This document shows positions 27,501 through 42,500 of a DNA stretch of 64,000 nt, one piece after another. The stretch spans positions 56,730,001 to 56,794,000 of the forward strand of contig OX638153.1 of assembly GCA_951804945.1 (NCBI GenBank), written 5' to 3'. The DNA comes from Podarcis cretensis. Taxonomy: Eukaryota. The stretch's first letter is position 1. Every line of letters begins with the position of its first letter. The position numbers were made by a program, and so were the translations under genes. A model generated the notes under the pieces. It had not been told where the DNA came from. It saw nothing but the letters and a program-made list of their open reading frames with translations, and made no database searches.

Positions 27501-30500
27501 TGCAATAGGATATAGAGTATTTTCTATTATTGATTATTATTATTATTATCGGACACAGGTGGCGCTGTGGGTAAAAGCCTCAGCGCCTAGGGCTTGCCGA
27601 TCGAAAGGTCGGCGGTTCAAATCCCTGCGGCGGGGTGCGCTCCCGCTGCTCGGTCCCAGCGCCTGCCAACCTAGCAGTTTGAAAGCACCTCCGGGTGCAA
27701 GTAGATAAATAGGGACCGCTTACCAGCGGGAAGGTAAACGGCGTTTCCGTGTGCGGCTCTGGCTCTGGCCAGAGCAGCGATGTCACGCTGGCCACGTGAC
27801 CCGGAAGTGTCTCCGGACAGCGCTGGCCCCTGGCCTCTTAAGTGAGATGGGCGCACAACCCCAGAGTCTGTCAAGACTGGCCCGTACGGGCAGGGGTACC
27901 TTTACCTTTACCTTTATTATTATTATTATCATCATTATTATTTAATCTTCTTCCCATCTAAATTTAGGGATTTACCTGGATTGTCGAAGGGACACTTCCA
28001 TTTTTTTACCTTCACTGGAAAGGATACAGCACCTGTATGCAGGAAAAAGAAAACATGGAACTTCTGCACATTTCGAAAAGACCCTCTCCACAGAAAATAT
28101 TGTGATTGAATGAGTTATGTGATAACTGTTCTTGGTCATGGGCTTCATGAGGGAATTAAGGATCTAAGAGAACCAATGAAGCTCAGGACCAGAAAGGACT
28201 TAGGGTTAAATGACTGTCAAATAAAATTCCCTCAGCTTGTCTACAGACATGATTTTGCATAAGACTCTTACCTGACAATTTTCCCAATGCTGAACATTTC
28301 TAGTGGCTGCTCAGCATATGAATCACTCAGGTGGAAAAGGCTGACTTTCCCCTTCCTTTCAAAGGGAAGCTGAACGTTCAGGCCAACATGCGGAATCACC
28401 TTGCTCACATAGCCTAGCGTGATGGTTCCTTTCTCCAGAGAGTAAACTCCTGTTCAGGGGTGAGGAGGTTCAAACAGATCAAGTCAGATATTATAATACC
28501 ACACTCCCCTATGGCCTACTTATACAGTACACTTAAAGTCTGGATGCTGAACCCCAAGTGCATCTATGATCAATTCCCACATACGGAGGACCTAATCCAG
28601 TCCCTAGTACAAATTGCACCAGGAACTTTACTGGCACACAGGGAAGGACTATAATTAATAAATAATAATAATTTATTTATACCCCGCCCATCTGGCTGGG
28701 TTTCCCCAGCCACTCTGGGGACTATATTTGATTTCTAATAGTAACAAGGAAATATACTCTCCCTGCCTTGCACATAAACACTGATGAAAACACTGTCTTT
28801 CAAACTTTGTCAGAACCAAAACAGGAGAGACAAAAACAGAACAAGAAGAGCAGCCCTGTCAGATCAGATGAAAGCCTCTACCTAGCCCAGTATCCCATTC
28901 CCCGTAGTGGTGAGCCAGGGGCCTAAGGGAAGCTTGCAAGCAGGATATGAATACAACAACATTCTCTTGCTTGTTTCTCCCAGCAGCTGGGATCTGGAGG
29001 AATACTGTCTCCAGCGATGGAATTAGCCCACAACCAACATGGGAAGGGTCGTAGTACAGTGGTAGCGAACAAGTGCTTTGCACGCAGACTGTCTCAGGCT
29101 CAAGTTCTGGCATCATTAGGTACAGCTGCCTGAAACCCTGGAGAGCCACTGCCAGTCAGTGTAGATGATACTGAGCTAAATGGACAGTTGGTCTCACTTG
29201 GTATAAAGGCAAGTCCTATGACCAGCAGCCACTGCTCAGCATTTGGTTGCTCATCCTCTAGTTGTGCCACTTTGATGACGTAAACAAGCCCCTACCGGCT
29301 CACCAGATGCAGCTTGTCACGCTGGCCACGTGACCCAGAAGTGTCTGCGGACAGCGCTGGCTCCCGGCCTATAGAGTGAGATGAGCGCACAACCCTAGAG
29401 TCTGGCAAGACTGGCCCGTACGGGCAGGGGTACCTTTACCTTTACCTTTACAAGCCCCTACTACTAAAGGCATCATCATCAAGAGCTACAAAATGATTAC
29501 TCATCCATTCACTTTGACTGACATACAGCCTGGCCCCGCTTTCGGCAACCAAATTAGCATGGCCTTCCCTATTTATTACAATGCCACAGAGGCATTTACA
29601 TGCGTACAATGGGGATATGAACATGGGGCTGTGTGTGAGAGAGAGACAACACTGGAGTAAGTGGAAAGCCCTTTTATGCTCAAGAATTCCATGACACATC
29701 TGAAGCTTTTCACATACAAGGAACTACAGGATCAGAGTTATTGTGAGCCTATGAAATTGGGTTTATAAGCCTCTGATGACTAGATAGAGAGTGACTGTCA
29801 TTGACTGTCTCTTTCTGGGATCTTAATGTTGTGGCACTCTCTTCTCACCATACCTGTAAGTGACAGATGGAGCTTAGTTTCAGTGACATCAGAGCCGGTC
29901 ACTGTCGCAGCCAAAGCTTGTCCATTTCTGAAGTGTTTCCCTGCGTGTTTTAAGACCTGTTGGGAGAGAATGACCTGATCTTTACTATCATCCAACCACT
30001 TAATTGTGCCTGTGAAGAATTCCCCATAGTGGTGATGCATGGGGGGGGGGGCTAGTGTTTAGCTCTTCATAAAAACCATTTTGAAATAGTTAAGGTTTCA
30101 AATTGTGTACTTATCTGGGAAATGCCCTGAAAGAGACCAGAACATTTCCTACACCTTTCCAGTGAAAATCTGAACAAAAAAAGCCTTGTGCTCCTCTTAT
30201 CCTGAAAGAAGTAACCCTTGCTGTGACTGCTATTGACTATGCAAATAGTCTTTTATATGGCTGTAGAATTCTTAAAGCTTAACTTGGACCAAAAATAACA
30301 ATCCCAAGGATGTATCCTTTTGGCTTTGTAAAGACTAACAAATTTATTATGACATATAGAGGTTATGTCATAATAAATTGGTTAGCCTTTTAAAAAATGC
30401 TATAAGACTTTGTTTGACTAACATGGCTATGTCTCTGGTAATAGCCAGGACAACACACTTCCAACATTTTAATGCTTCTGTTTCTTTACTGCAGATTTTC

Positions 30501-33500
30501 ATGTTATTGAGCGTAGCCTCCTGCATAGAAGAGTCCTGTGCCCTTCATTCCTTGGCAATTACTTACTGTGGGTCGAAGGGAAAGTAGCAGCTGTTGAACT
30601 CTCCCTCTAATGTTAGGGGTGACCTCCACCTCCAGCCATTTATTTGCAGCAGCGTACTAAGAATAGAAGCGAACAGGAGAAAATAAAAAACTCTTCACTA
30701 GAAAAGACAGAGTCCAGTTTTTACCATGCATTCCCTGGTAATAGGTCCTATAAATTCTTCCAGAATTTCCACATCAACCTCCCCAACCCAAGTGAAACAA
30801 GAGCTTATGGATACACATACAACCACACATTTTGAACATTATCCCCCATTGGGAAATTGCATCAACCCAGAGTATTCGGAAGCATGTCATGCTTCCCAAA
30901 TCTACAGTGAAGACTGGCCCAACTTTTTAAAACGAAGGGGGAGGGGGAAACCCTTGTTACGCAAAGGTAGAAAAGTTTTAGACCTCACCTTCTTAACAAA
31001 GCATGTCACCGTCTGCCCAGGCTTAAAGGGTTTCAGTATTTCTTCCGGATTGCCATCTTCTGGACCCAGGGCAGTTTTGCTTTCTCCAGACAGCTCACTG
31101 ATTGTAAGTGGAGATTTATTTATTTATATTTATTTATTGAATTTATATACCGCCCTATACCCGGGGGTCCCAGGGCGGTTCACAGAATAAAAGCAAGATA
31201 TAAAATCACAAAATACAGAATAAAAATAAAAACAACAGCCCAATAGCACACACACGCTCCAGTTATGCCCTTAGCTTCTTTGCTTTGACATGTCAATATT
31301 TCCCCTGTCCCTGATCAAAGTGTCTCCTATCCAAGCTCATGGAGAACACAGGACTCCCAATTTTAGGTTGGCAATCAAAAGCAAGGGACATAGTGCACAA
31401 GACACATACTAGGATGTGTATTACAGGACTGGTAAATTCCCAACAAGGATGCTGGAGATCTACAGACATTTCCTATGATTTAGAATGAATTGGCTCTGAG
31501 TAAAAGACGAGTTCACAGAACACGTTTTTTCATGTCTCCTACTGCAGCTTAATGAACTCCCACCCCAAGGAAATTGCTTGTGGGCATTGGAGGGCCCTTG
31601 GGAATGGTGTGGGATATGGTTGGGGGGCTGAAGATAGAGAGGGGAAAGTGGTGGGAACTACCTACTATCTTATCTGGAAAAAAGAGGAGCAACTTAAAAT
31701 TAAAGCCATCATTCTACAATAGATTGATCACCAGACATGTTCTAGGCAGTCTCTATAGATCCATGTATCCTTAGAGGGCGAACAGCTTGAGATCCACTCC
31801 CTGCTCCCTTCCAATATTTCTAGGTCCAAGCATTTGCCAACCAATCCAAGATTTCCTATCTGTAAAACTCTAGGCTGCCTCCCTTCAATGTACTGTATAC
31901 TACAATCCTAGCACCCACCAATAACTTCTCTTGTCTTCAAGATCTGAATGTTTTATTCAGCTTTTAATCTGTTGGGAGCCACCCAGAGTGGATGGGGGAA
32001 ACCCAGCTAGATGGGCGGAGTATAATTTATATTATTGTTTATTATTATTATATAATGATAATAATGCCAGAATCATTAAAATTAAGCAAATTGTCACTTG
32101 GGTCCAGCATATTTGTGCAATATGTTCCAAGATGCAGAATTTTATGTAGGGAACCCCTACTCTGTCACTAACATTCAGACCAGGAGATGCTTGGATAGGT
32201 GTATCTGTTAGCATTTAACATGTTGTAAAACCTCATCAAACAAAGTATCTAAAGGCTATCTTACCTTGGTCGGATGCTGAGCTCTGGGCAGGTACGGGTA
32301 AAATGGGGGTGGGTGATGGGCAAATACCTACAAATTAAGAGCAGATTAGCACATCATCCTTACTCCAGTAAGTGGCCCTTCAGTTTTTCAAAGTTCCCTC
32401 TTTATCTGCTGGGGGGGGGGGAGAATAATCACTCTCTGAGCATGCAGGACTAAAACTGGAAGGGGTCTTTTCCACACAAAAGTGTTTCCTTAATTTGCAC
32501 AAATCCTGCATCTAGAGTGAGTGGGAAGAGAAAACCCACTCTGGGTAACCTCTCTCCAACAGAGAATTCCAAGTTGCCTCCTCGTCAGCTGTAGATGGAA
32601 ATGGGTCTGTATCCAGGTAGGAAGAGAGACAAGTGACTATGCTTTAATTCCCTGACTTGGACTGAAAATTAGTAACAGGGCAATAAATGCATGAGGACAA
32701 CACTTACACTTAGGACACAGATCTGTGCCTGCTAGAACATTGAACTAAAATTTAATAATTGGCTAAAACTCAGAAAAGGCACTCAGAAGCTTGGGGGGAT
32801 CTTACCTGTGATTTTTAATGTCTTTGCCCCCAATCACCCGAGCAGTCAACTGCTGCCCAACTCTTAGCACTGATGTTGGAAAGGTGCCTATGGAAACTTT
32901 ATCCAGGATCTGGGATGCATGAATGGAGCCGATCAGCTGATCATTAATTGCCACTAGGACATGAGTAGGCTTGATTGACTTGACAGTTCCTTTGACCACA
33001 TCTCCCAAGCACAGCGAGTGATTCACAATGGCCGAGGTTTCCCCAAGTGTTTCAGATTCACGCCGTGACCTGATTACAGCCTTTCTCTTCTTCTGATCTT
33101 GAACAGCAAGTAAGAGCCCACAGTCACCTGGCTGGAGAGTTTTCAGAACCACTAGGACCGACTGTCCCACTTTCAGTTTTTCAGAATCAAAGCGGAAAGT
33201 GTCATTGAAGTGGGAAGCCACAGGTATGGCAACCAGCTGACCATTTCCTACCAATGAAACAACTGCATGCTCTGTAGCCACATGCTGCACAATGGCTTGG
33301 TGCTGAGAGTTCTGTTTTAACTGGAAAACACAGAAATAACATTCAGAGAAAGTCACACTCACACACACACACACACACACACAACCTGGTACAGACTTCA
33401 GCAGCCATTTTGGCCCAAGGCTTAAATCAATCATTTAAAAGCAATCCTGACAGATGTTTTACCGTCAACAGAAAAACTCCAGTAATGCATTTTCCAGGGT

Positions 33501-36500
33501 TTTGCCAGGAAAGACTAGGAAATTCTCAGGACACAACATTTTTTTGTTTTTAGGCCCCAGCTGAATTCTTAGGCAAAAGCAGAAAATGCCAACACTCCCT
33601 GGGGTTTTCTCAGATGTGTACCTAACAGGTGATCAGTTTTTCCTAAGGATCAAATAATATTGAAGAAGTTGCAGCTTAAACCCAGTTATTCCTTCTAGGA
33701 CACAGGAAGGGAAAGCTGCTCCCTCCTCCTCATTATGGCTCCTTGACATTTGAATATAAGCTAACCAATTGTTTTGGTCCCAAGGACTGCATTCACCTTT
33801 GCCCAGTCCTCCAGGGGTCATATGCAAGTGGTAATCATGGCTGTAGACCACTCTTATACAGACACACAGGATGCACACAGATATATCTCCTCCCCACACT
33901 GTGTCTACTTTGACTTTCTCTTTGCTGCTGCTGGAGGCAGAAAAATTTGACTAGAAAGCCAAAATAGCTCTCTGGAGGGTGGGTCAACCACCCCTGGCCT
34001 AGTTATTCCATTGAATTCTCTTCATACTTTGCTCATTTCTATGGTATTCTATGAACCTCTCTTCTATGACTGTTATTAACCAGCTACACAGGTTAGCATC
34101 CAGCATAAAAGCCAATTCAGGCTAATCATACCTTCTTAGGCTTGGGGGACAGCAACTCCTCTCTAAGCGACGCATAGACCTTTGATTCTAGGGAATCAAT
34201 GTAGAGAACCACAGCTCTTGTTTTTTCACCCTGGACAATGTTTTTGCCTTTAAAAACAAACAAACATGCACCATAAGATTATTGCTTGATATAACTGGGG
34301 CAAAATGAAGCAACTGCATTTCAGTACTTCAGTAAGAGACACTATTTATTTACATTACATCACTGATAGCTGAGTCAGGAGAAAAACCAAGAATTCACTC
34401 AGGTTTCAGACACACTTCTGCTGCTCAGACTGTTCAAAAAGACTCCACTCTTTGCAATCAATTATTTGTTTCCAACCCAAAGAGCAAAATATAGTAGACA
34501 ATACAGGACAAGGGGGGGAAAGACCACAAAGTATGTCCTACCTCCAAGGTGACTATGAGTAGCCATTATAGTTAAGCCAGAAGCAGAGGTGCTATCAAAT
34601 AGTGCTGAACCATCAGTGTTGACTTTGCGAGCCGTCAGCATCAGCCTCTGCCCAGGTTTTAATTCACAGACTTTTTGAACCACACCGACATCATCTGAGG
34701 ATAAAGAAAGAACTAAGTCCCATTTGCAGCATGATGTTTCATCGCTGAACTATAGAAAGTCAGAGTAAGTATAAGAAGGATTAACTATTAAAAATGAGTG
34801 GGCTCCCTTATTTTGAGGAATTATGCTCTGGTGCCTGAAAGTAACTTTCTTGCTGTATCTTTATGTCAATATGAAAATGGAAGAAAAAAATGGGGTCTTT
34901 TAAGCTCATAGCAAATGAGCCAGTCACCCAGAAACAAAGTGCCAGTCAAAGAAATGTAATCTTTCTCCAACTGCAAGTTAAGCAAAACCCACTTGGCAAT
35001 CACATATAGCAGAAAACCACCCCGAGTGACTAGATGTTTTACCTGAAACTGAACCTTTGAACCTCTCTTTAAATAAAAGTTTGAAAAGTTCCTAGGCCTC
35101 CTGATTTTAGACAAAATGTTGAGAAAAGGTGCTCCAAGCTTGTGCCCCAAAACCAGGACGCTCACATGCATCCACTATGCATATGTGGCCAACACAAGGT
35201 TTCCATGGGCCATCTTTTATCATCATGACAACCTTTACCTCTTCCACTCCTGATACTCTTGATTTCCTGCAGCTCCTTAAAGTATTTGTGCAGCAAACAG
35301 AAGCTCTCAGAAGCAGAATCCTCGGAGGAGCACTCAGACACCTTCAGGGACAGCAGGATGCGTTGCTTCTCCTCGTCAATGCTGGTCACTTTGGCAACTA
35401 CAGTCTGACCTACCACATAATGGTCTTTGGTGTCTGTCACAAACTTGTCACTCATTGCCTATAGCAATTAGGAGATAAGAACCAATTAATACTGTTCCTT
35501 AAAAGTGCCTTTGCAAGAGAGCTATCAACACCACCAGCCTCAAGACTTCCAGAAAGGAAGGAATGCAATCAAAACAGTTCCAAACAAGAAACCTTTTACC
35601 TAGGCTGAGTTAGAGACAGCTCTATTAGCTACTTCATGCTAGCAGTCTAATTAACATTTCATCGCTAGATTGTTTGCCTTTCTAAGTAAAGACTAAAGGT
35701 TGCATTTTCAGCTAGCTGAAGATCTTTGGATAATGTTCAATGTGTTTTAAAAGTCGAATTTGTTCTATAAACCTCTATTCTTTGACAGTCAGCTGATGCC
35801 AATAAATTGGGAATTGTGCCATGTACTACTGCTCTTTGGGGAATGTGACAAGTGTATATATGGATCAGCACAAGTGCTTGAATGCTCTTTGAGGGCATGG
35901 CTATGGATGGTTGTGCCAGAAGTGGTTTAGTCATGCTGGTCACATGACCCGGAAAGCTGTCTGTGGAGCAATGCAGGCTCCCTTGGCCTGAAGTGAGATG
36001 AGCGCTGTACCCTGTAGTCACCTTTGACTGGACTTAACCATCCAAGGGGTCCTTTACCTTTGCCTATGGATGGGGGCCATCTTGAGTGCCTGCATTTCAA
36101 AACATACCACTAGGAAACAGCTTCTCTCACACCACTTGCAAGCAGGAAATTCCTATGTATTATTTACTCCCAAATCCATCTAGAGAATTCATCTCATCAG
36201 GAACTTTTATCCTTGAGTAGTGCAGCATAAGAGATTATTTCAACTAGAAAGCACCCCTTCCTCAACATCTACGAATAAACCTATTTTAGTAGGGACAATG
36301 CAACATGCCTTACCGACTTGGGTGCCAGTCCTGTCAGACCATATGGAAACTCCACAAACACACCATAAGGCATGACGTTTCTCACAAAGCCAGTCAGCAG
36401 CAATCCAGGCTGGATGTCTGAAAAGCTCTTCACCACCCGTTCCTCCTCAATTGCTGAAATAACCGATGGCTTTCTGCTCAGGGTCTAAACAATGGGTCAA

Positions 36501-39500
36501 GGAATAAAATTGGGGAGAAGGAGCATACTGGTAGTTTGGTTTTATTTGGCAGCCACAAAACAAGCATTTCACCAAAGCCTATCAACATAGAGGGGGAGGT
36601 AGGCAGACTGTTATAACACAGGAGATGTAGGACATAATTGTGCCAAAAAGTAAGATCATGTTGCAACCAACCTCCTGATTCCATTCAGATTCCGCAGGGG
36701 GGGAAATAAAACGTTCTGTCAGCAACAAGATTCCACGGGATCCCAATTCGCAGGCAGCCATTTTTTTAAAAAAAAAAAACTGAAGAAAGCAAAGGGAATA
36801 ATTGCTTCATCCAAAAACCAATGTGGTGAAGATACTAAAGGCTACAAAAACCTTTGCTCACTTCTATTCTCCCTCCATCTAAAAAATCTTCTAAGACAAT
36901 TTCTTTCCTTCAGACTGCATAGACATAGAGAGGTAAAACTGACACAGAATCTTTGAAGGTCACTTGTCTGAGAGACAATATATGCAATGCAATGCAAGTT
37001 AATATTGTTGTACAACATAAAATGGCTAAATGATTTCACCAAGCTTGGCTGGACTTTACAAGGATACAACATGACCTCCCTTGTCATGGAGGCATAACAC
37101 TCTGTGGAGAATATCATCTGCTTTAAGGCAGGACCACCACAACTTGCTACTGGACACATAGTCAGAGAGATGATTTGTGGAAAGGTAGGCAAAAACATTG
37201 TCCGGCAAGATTGTAACTTCAAGGCCATCTTCTTTTTTCCTCAGAATTTTTACATCAACAATCTGAGCAAGAGAAAAAAGGCAACACTTTTTTAATATGT
37301 GGAAGACCACCACCTAAAATGCAATATTCCCAGGATAACAAGGTTTCTCAAAATGCAAGCAACTTAAAAGATAAAAGAAATAATCTCAACAATCAAAGTT
37401 AAAGTCTAGGAGCATTTATTTTATTTGGAATAACTTTTTATTGGGTTTTATAAACAAGGATCATAGGAATAATAATCAATATAAATAAATAAACCAGTTC
37501 TTATTTGAATATAACAAAAATAGCTTAATAAATCTGCAGCAATATCTACAACAAATAGTTCATTATTAATGGTCATTGTATAAGTTCTTGGTTTGTGAAT
37601 TTCTTTTTTAAAAGGAGGTGGGGAACAGGATAGAATATAGTTGACAGATAACATTCATCATCACATCGCTAAATGCCTAATCAGCTGCCCTTCTGGTTGT
37701 GCTTAGATTAAGTAAGTGCAATAGTCATTTTTACTTAGATTATCAATGAAACAATATAAAGTGTTGGTATACTGATGAACACGGGAGGGGAGTTCAAAGT
37801 GAAGATAATAATTTATATTTAAATTTAAATCTAGACCAACCAGATCGAGCATTTATTCTGATGTGCAGAACACTTCAAGTTAGAATAAATGGTTTAAATC
37901 CAACAGAAATGCTCCATGTTTGCGTGAAGTAGTACTATAATTGGGACCCCATAGCACAGTCCTTCTTAAGATTCATGATCTGATAATCTGATCATTTTGT
38001 ATGAAATAAAACCCGTTAGAAATATCATAAATTCCTGTCTTTGCTCCTAGCATCCTCAGGGGAATGTCAACAGGGAAAGGGAAGGGACATCTTTTAGAAT
38101 AAATTACCCGTCCGGTTTCGTATGTTACTTCTCGCTTCTTTGAAGTATTTTTTTCTCCACCATCCTCAGCTTGTGCTTCATTTGTCAGCTTGAATGACAG
38201 CAGCAGTCTCTCCTGCTCAGGCTCACATTTTAAGACAATCACTTTGACCACCTGATTGGCAAAACAAAAGAATCTTCATATTGCAGGCATGTTCACTCTC
38301 ACACTTCAAAAACAGGACCACCTGAATGTGTCCCCAGATATCCCTCTACTGCGTCCTATCTGGGTCCTAACCCATTTCCCTCCACTTTAGCTGGATACAA
38401 ACGTGGAAGTTCTGTAACTTTCCACTGGCTTTATGCATCTCTCTGTGTTAAAGTAACAAATGTAAGTCATTTTACTAGTAGTTCAAAAACTTTTATTTAT
38501 TTATTTTATCACTAAACAAATGTATGTGCATTAAAGATGCTATGCAAATCTGTTATGCAAATGTGTACAGCTATTAACTAAAAAAATTATATCAAGGACA
38601 ATCAGACTTTTTTACTTTTACCCAGCTTTTACCTGGCCTGCATAAAATGTTTCTTGAGGAACAATTGAAGGTGCCCCGCCGAGCTCATTTTTGGGGACAA
38701 GGCCCTTTATGTCGTTGTAGAATTTCACAATGCAGCCAAACTCCCTAGCACAGGCAACAAAACCATGCGTGATCAAGCCTGGCTTTGCATCTTCGTAACT
38801 GGAAAGGGCAGGGAGTTTGGAATTGACAAGGGTTCTCTTAAGCGTCAGAGCGAGTTTCCTTGCTTCAGGATTGCAGGAAAGCACCTGGAGGAGAAGAAGA
38901 AACTGGAATTATGTATGCCAACTGGCAGGAAACTACAACTGAACCAAAATGAAGGAACGTCCAAAATGTCAGCTTGGAACTCATGGGATCAGTCCTAATA
39001 CAGCTGGTACAACCCATCAGCTTAGAAAATAAGGGCTACGAAAGGTTAGGAGGTAGCTGTCAGAGACAGAGCTCATCCTGTAACAGGACCTGAATAACAC
39101 TTCTTTAACTATTCAACTATTTAACTCTGATCTGCAAGCTAAATAGGCCACTACATGGGTCCTAATGTGGCTGACAATGTCATTTTCCCAAGGCACACTC
39201 ACCTGCCCAACACTTGATGTCAGATGATATCAGGTGTGGGACAGGTAAAGACATATTTGTAAAGGAGCAATTCAGAGCCTTAAAGTGTGCTCTCGCTGTT
39301 CCTAGGCAAGCAGTGGAGTCAATCCCTTCTAAAGTTAGCAGCAATCATCTGATTGGTGCCGACTTCAAGCCCTGCTGGAAGAAGTTGCACTCAGAAGTTG
39401 CCTACCAAAAGCAGGGCTTGCAGTCTGTACTAAAGTCAAGGATGTCATTGCTGAAGTCAGTGCAAAGGAAGAAAGGATTGTAATTTTAGACTCTTAAAGG

Positions 39501-42500
39501 TCCTATTGTGGGATCCTCTCTTTAATTGGTAATGTTTATTACCTCACCTTTTTAAATATGTAGCAAGCCAGTTTGAATGCACTGGGGGCCTCTCCTGCTC
39601 ATTTTGCTGAGTGGGGCCCCAGAATTTTGCCGTAAACTCCTGCCTAGACGGAAACACTGTCTATATCTCATCCTGTGGGCCTGTAATCCTACACACCTGC
39701 CAGCAAGTCCCACAGAACTCAGCGAGCCTGACTTCTGAGTAGGTAAAATAGAAATTATTAGAAATTATGAATACATGTCATTGTCCCCATTTTAGATTCA
39801 CTACAACTCTGAATAAGCTAGATTGAGAGATAGTAACTAATCCAAGGATTACACAGTAAACACAATGGCTGAGAGGGATTCTGAACCTAGGTTTTGCACA
39901 TCCAACCTAATGTTACCCACAGAACCACAGCAGCTCTCATTATAAAGGCAGATTATTGCATGGAGAAAGCCCCCTTGGTCTCTCCTTGCTAGAGAAATCG
40001 AAAAAAGCAGGGCAAAGCGGTCCCTTACAGAAAGTTCTTACCCGACACCGGACAGTGCTTCCCACACTGTATTTCTTCTCTGGCTGTTTCAGAAGCACAT
40101 CTGCGAGATGCAGTCGGGGAACCAGGCCCTTGATGTGCTCAGTCACCTTTACTTGCATGCCAAAGGGCTTCAGAGCCAACACCGTGCCCTAAAGTCCAAA
40201 AGAACGAGGGATCAGAAAGCAAGAAAAACTAGTACAGAAAGAGGAGATGCCCTCCATCTAACTTTGAGGTAGTGAATGTGGGGCATTCCAAATGTTTGAC
40301 TCCCAACTCCCATCAGCCTCAGCCAGCAAGACAAACAGTCAGAGGTGATGGGAGCTGCAGTCCAACAACTCCTTTGGGAGGAAGGTTGGGATATAAATTG
40401 GGCAGCCATCTGGAGGGCACCACATTGGCTACCCCAGCCCCTAAGTGTCCCTCTCCCCATAGCTGCTACTACAGCTTTACTTAAAAATCATCTTGAAGGG
40501 AAGAGAGACCTAGCTTTCAATAATTACATTTCCCCTTGAAGCTTATGTTTATTGTTTTATCATACAGTTTCACTGATGCTCATTATTTAAATATTTTTAT
40601 GTAGACTGCCTGGCAAGGTTTGCCTAAAAATCAGCATATAAATATCTAAACAAAGCATGATTACACAGACTAAATGATAGGCAAGTCCATTGCACATAAC
40701 TTTGTGGAATGTAGCAGAAACCAGACTGATTTCTGTACAATTATTGCAACTGCTTTGCTGGTATACAGTGAAATTAATAGTGTTCCATTAATGTCACACA
40801 GCAGGATTTAGGTTTAAAGAGGCATTAAGCACACAAGTCAGAAGGAAATACTTCCTGGACAAAATTGAACCAAAGCCCTCGTCTCAGGTTGGTTCAGCAA
40901 GATAAACAAGATTCCAAGGATATTTCTCTCTCTCCCTGAACTTACTTCCACCACCTGTCCAGGATGAATATCATGATATCTCAAGAATGGAGCCTCAATA
41001 ATGTGTCTGCAAACAAAAAGAAAGGAAGTGAAAATTGATCTGTGTGGTGGAAGAGAAACAGATGAAAGAGTAAAGAGAACTGATTCCCCCCCCCAACTCT
41101 GATTCTTCCTCCTGCCCTTCTAAACAGGTCACCAAGTGAGCTTCATGGCCAAGTGGAGATATGAACCCTGGTCTCCCATGTCCTGGCCTGCCACTGTATA
41201 CCATACTGGCTCTTTTTATATCTGTGCTGTCAGTATGAAACTTGGTATATATGATCTAAATGAGGTAGGGTATCATTGGGCTAAATATCATTCACATTGT
41301 GTGCCATGATCTAGATTGATACTGGCCTTGGTGTACATGGGGTGGGGTAATGGATGTGTCTGGACAGAAATTCATCAGATGCTAGAATGGACCTCAATAG
41401 AATTTCCTTTGTAACTGAAGGAGCAAAACATCACCTGAAGGCAGAAAGTTTGGGTGCCTATGGAACCAATTTTTAAAATGTGCAGATGCAATCCATTGCA
41501 CAGGTGTGCATAATGTAGCCATCTCAGTTGTTCTGAAAGCAATGGGACTTATGTCCCAACTGAAATGTATTGATTATCTGTTAGGCATAAGGAAGTTCCA
41601 TCTATGCATAGAATGGAGATATGCTTGAAACATGAGTATATAAAGACACTTCATAGATTGGTTCATTCAAATTGCACTCTAAAGCTTACTGTTTGAGAGA
41701 CACCACCATCACATCATCCATTGGGCTGTAGTCAATAATTCGGCATTTATGCTTGCTTCCAGGCTTGAATGCTGCAGGTTTGAAAGATTTGGCAGTATCT
41801 GAAAGATGTTTTATCTGAAAGAGGTATAAAGATAGTGCAGAAAATGAAGATTAAATTATAAATCCAGACAGTTTTCTAGTTTAGGACTAACCCTGCTGTA
41901 ATCCAGAAAGCAAAGCAAAGCCTAGATGCGGCATCTGTCTGATTCTACCTTCCAATATGAATCACAATGTGACTACAGAGGTTATGATCACAATGTAACC
42001 ACAGATGTTATGATCGCATCTAACAAGGGCGAGCAAACAACAAAAGAATCTAGAAAAGCTCTTTGCTACCTTCAGACTCTGAGCTCTTCTCAATACTCCA
42101 GCACAAATTAAGACATCATATAACACATTCACAAACAGATGCCAAGACACATCTATGTATTGAATCGGTAACGGGCAAAAGTGCTGATGTACTGCTCTCC
42201 AAACATCAGCCATGATGGTTGAAAGGGTCTACCCTCCTACAATGTGCAATCAGCATTGAGTTACTTACATGTGCAAAAGCTAGGCAGCCACCATCCAGCT
42301 TGAAGATGGCACCAGTCTTTTTGAGAAAGGTCTCAACTGTGGAGTCTGGAACTACCCTGCCAATCTGATCACTAGACAGCTTGCCAAGTTGAGTACCAGG
42401 CTGGAGGAAAACTGGGCGCAGAGATAGGCGTATTGCCTTAGAGGTAGGATTGTTGAAGAGAATGCATGCTTTCACCTGGAGGGGAAAACACAAGGGGGGG

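Noticed and set aside
28020-28028. Perfect U12 donor motif GTATCCTTT on the PDCD11 strand
   Set aside because: It lies within a coding exon (codons C-I-L), only 4 nt from its start. I found no matching U12 branch site downstream.
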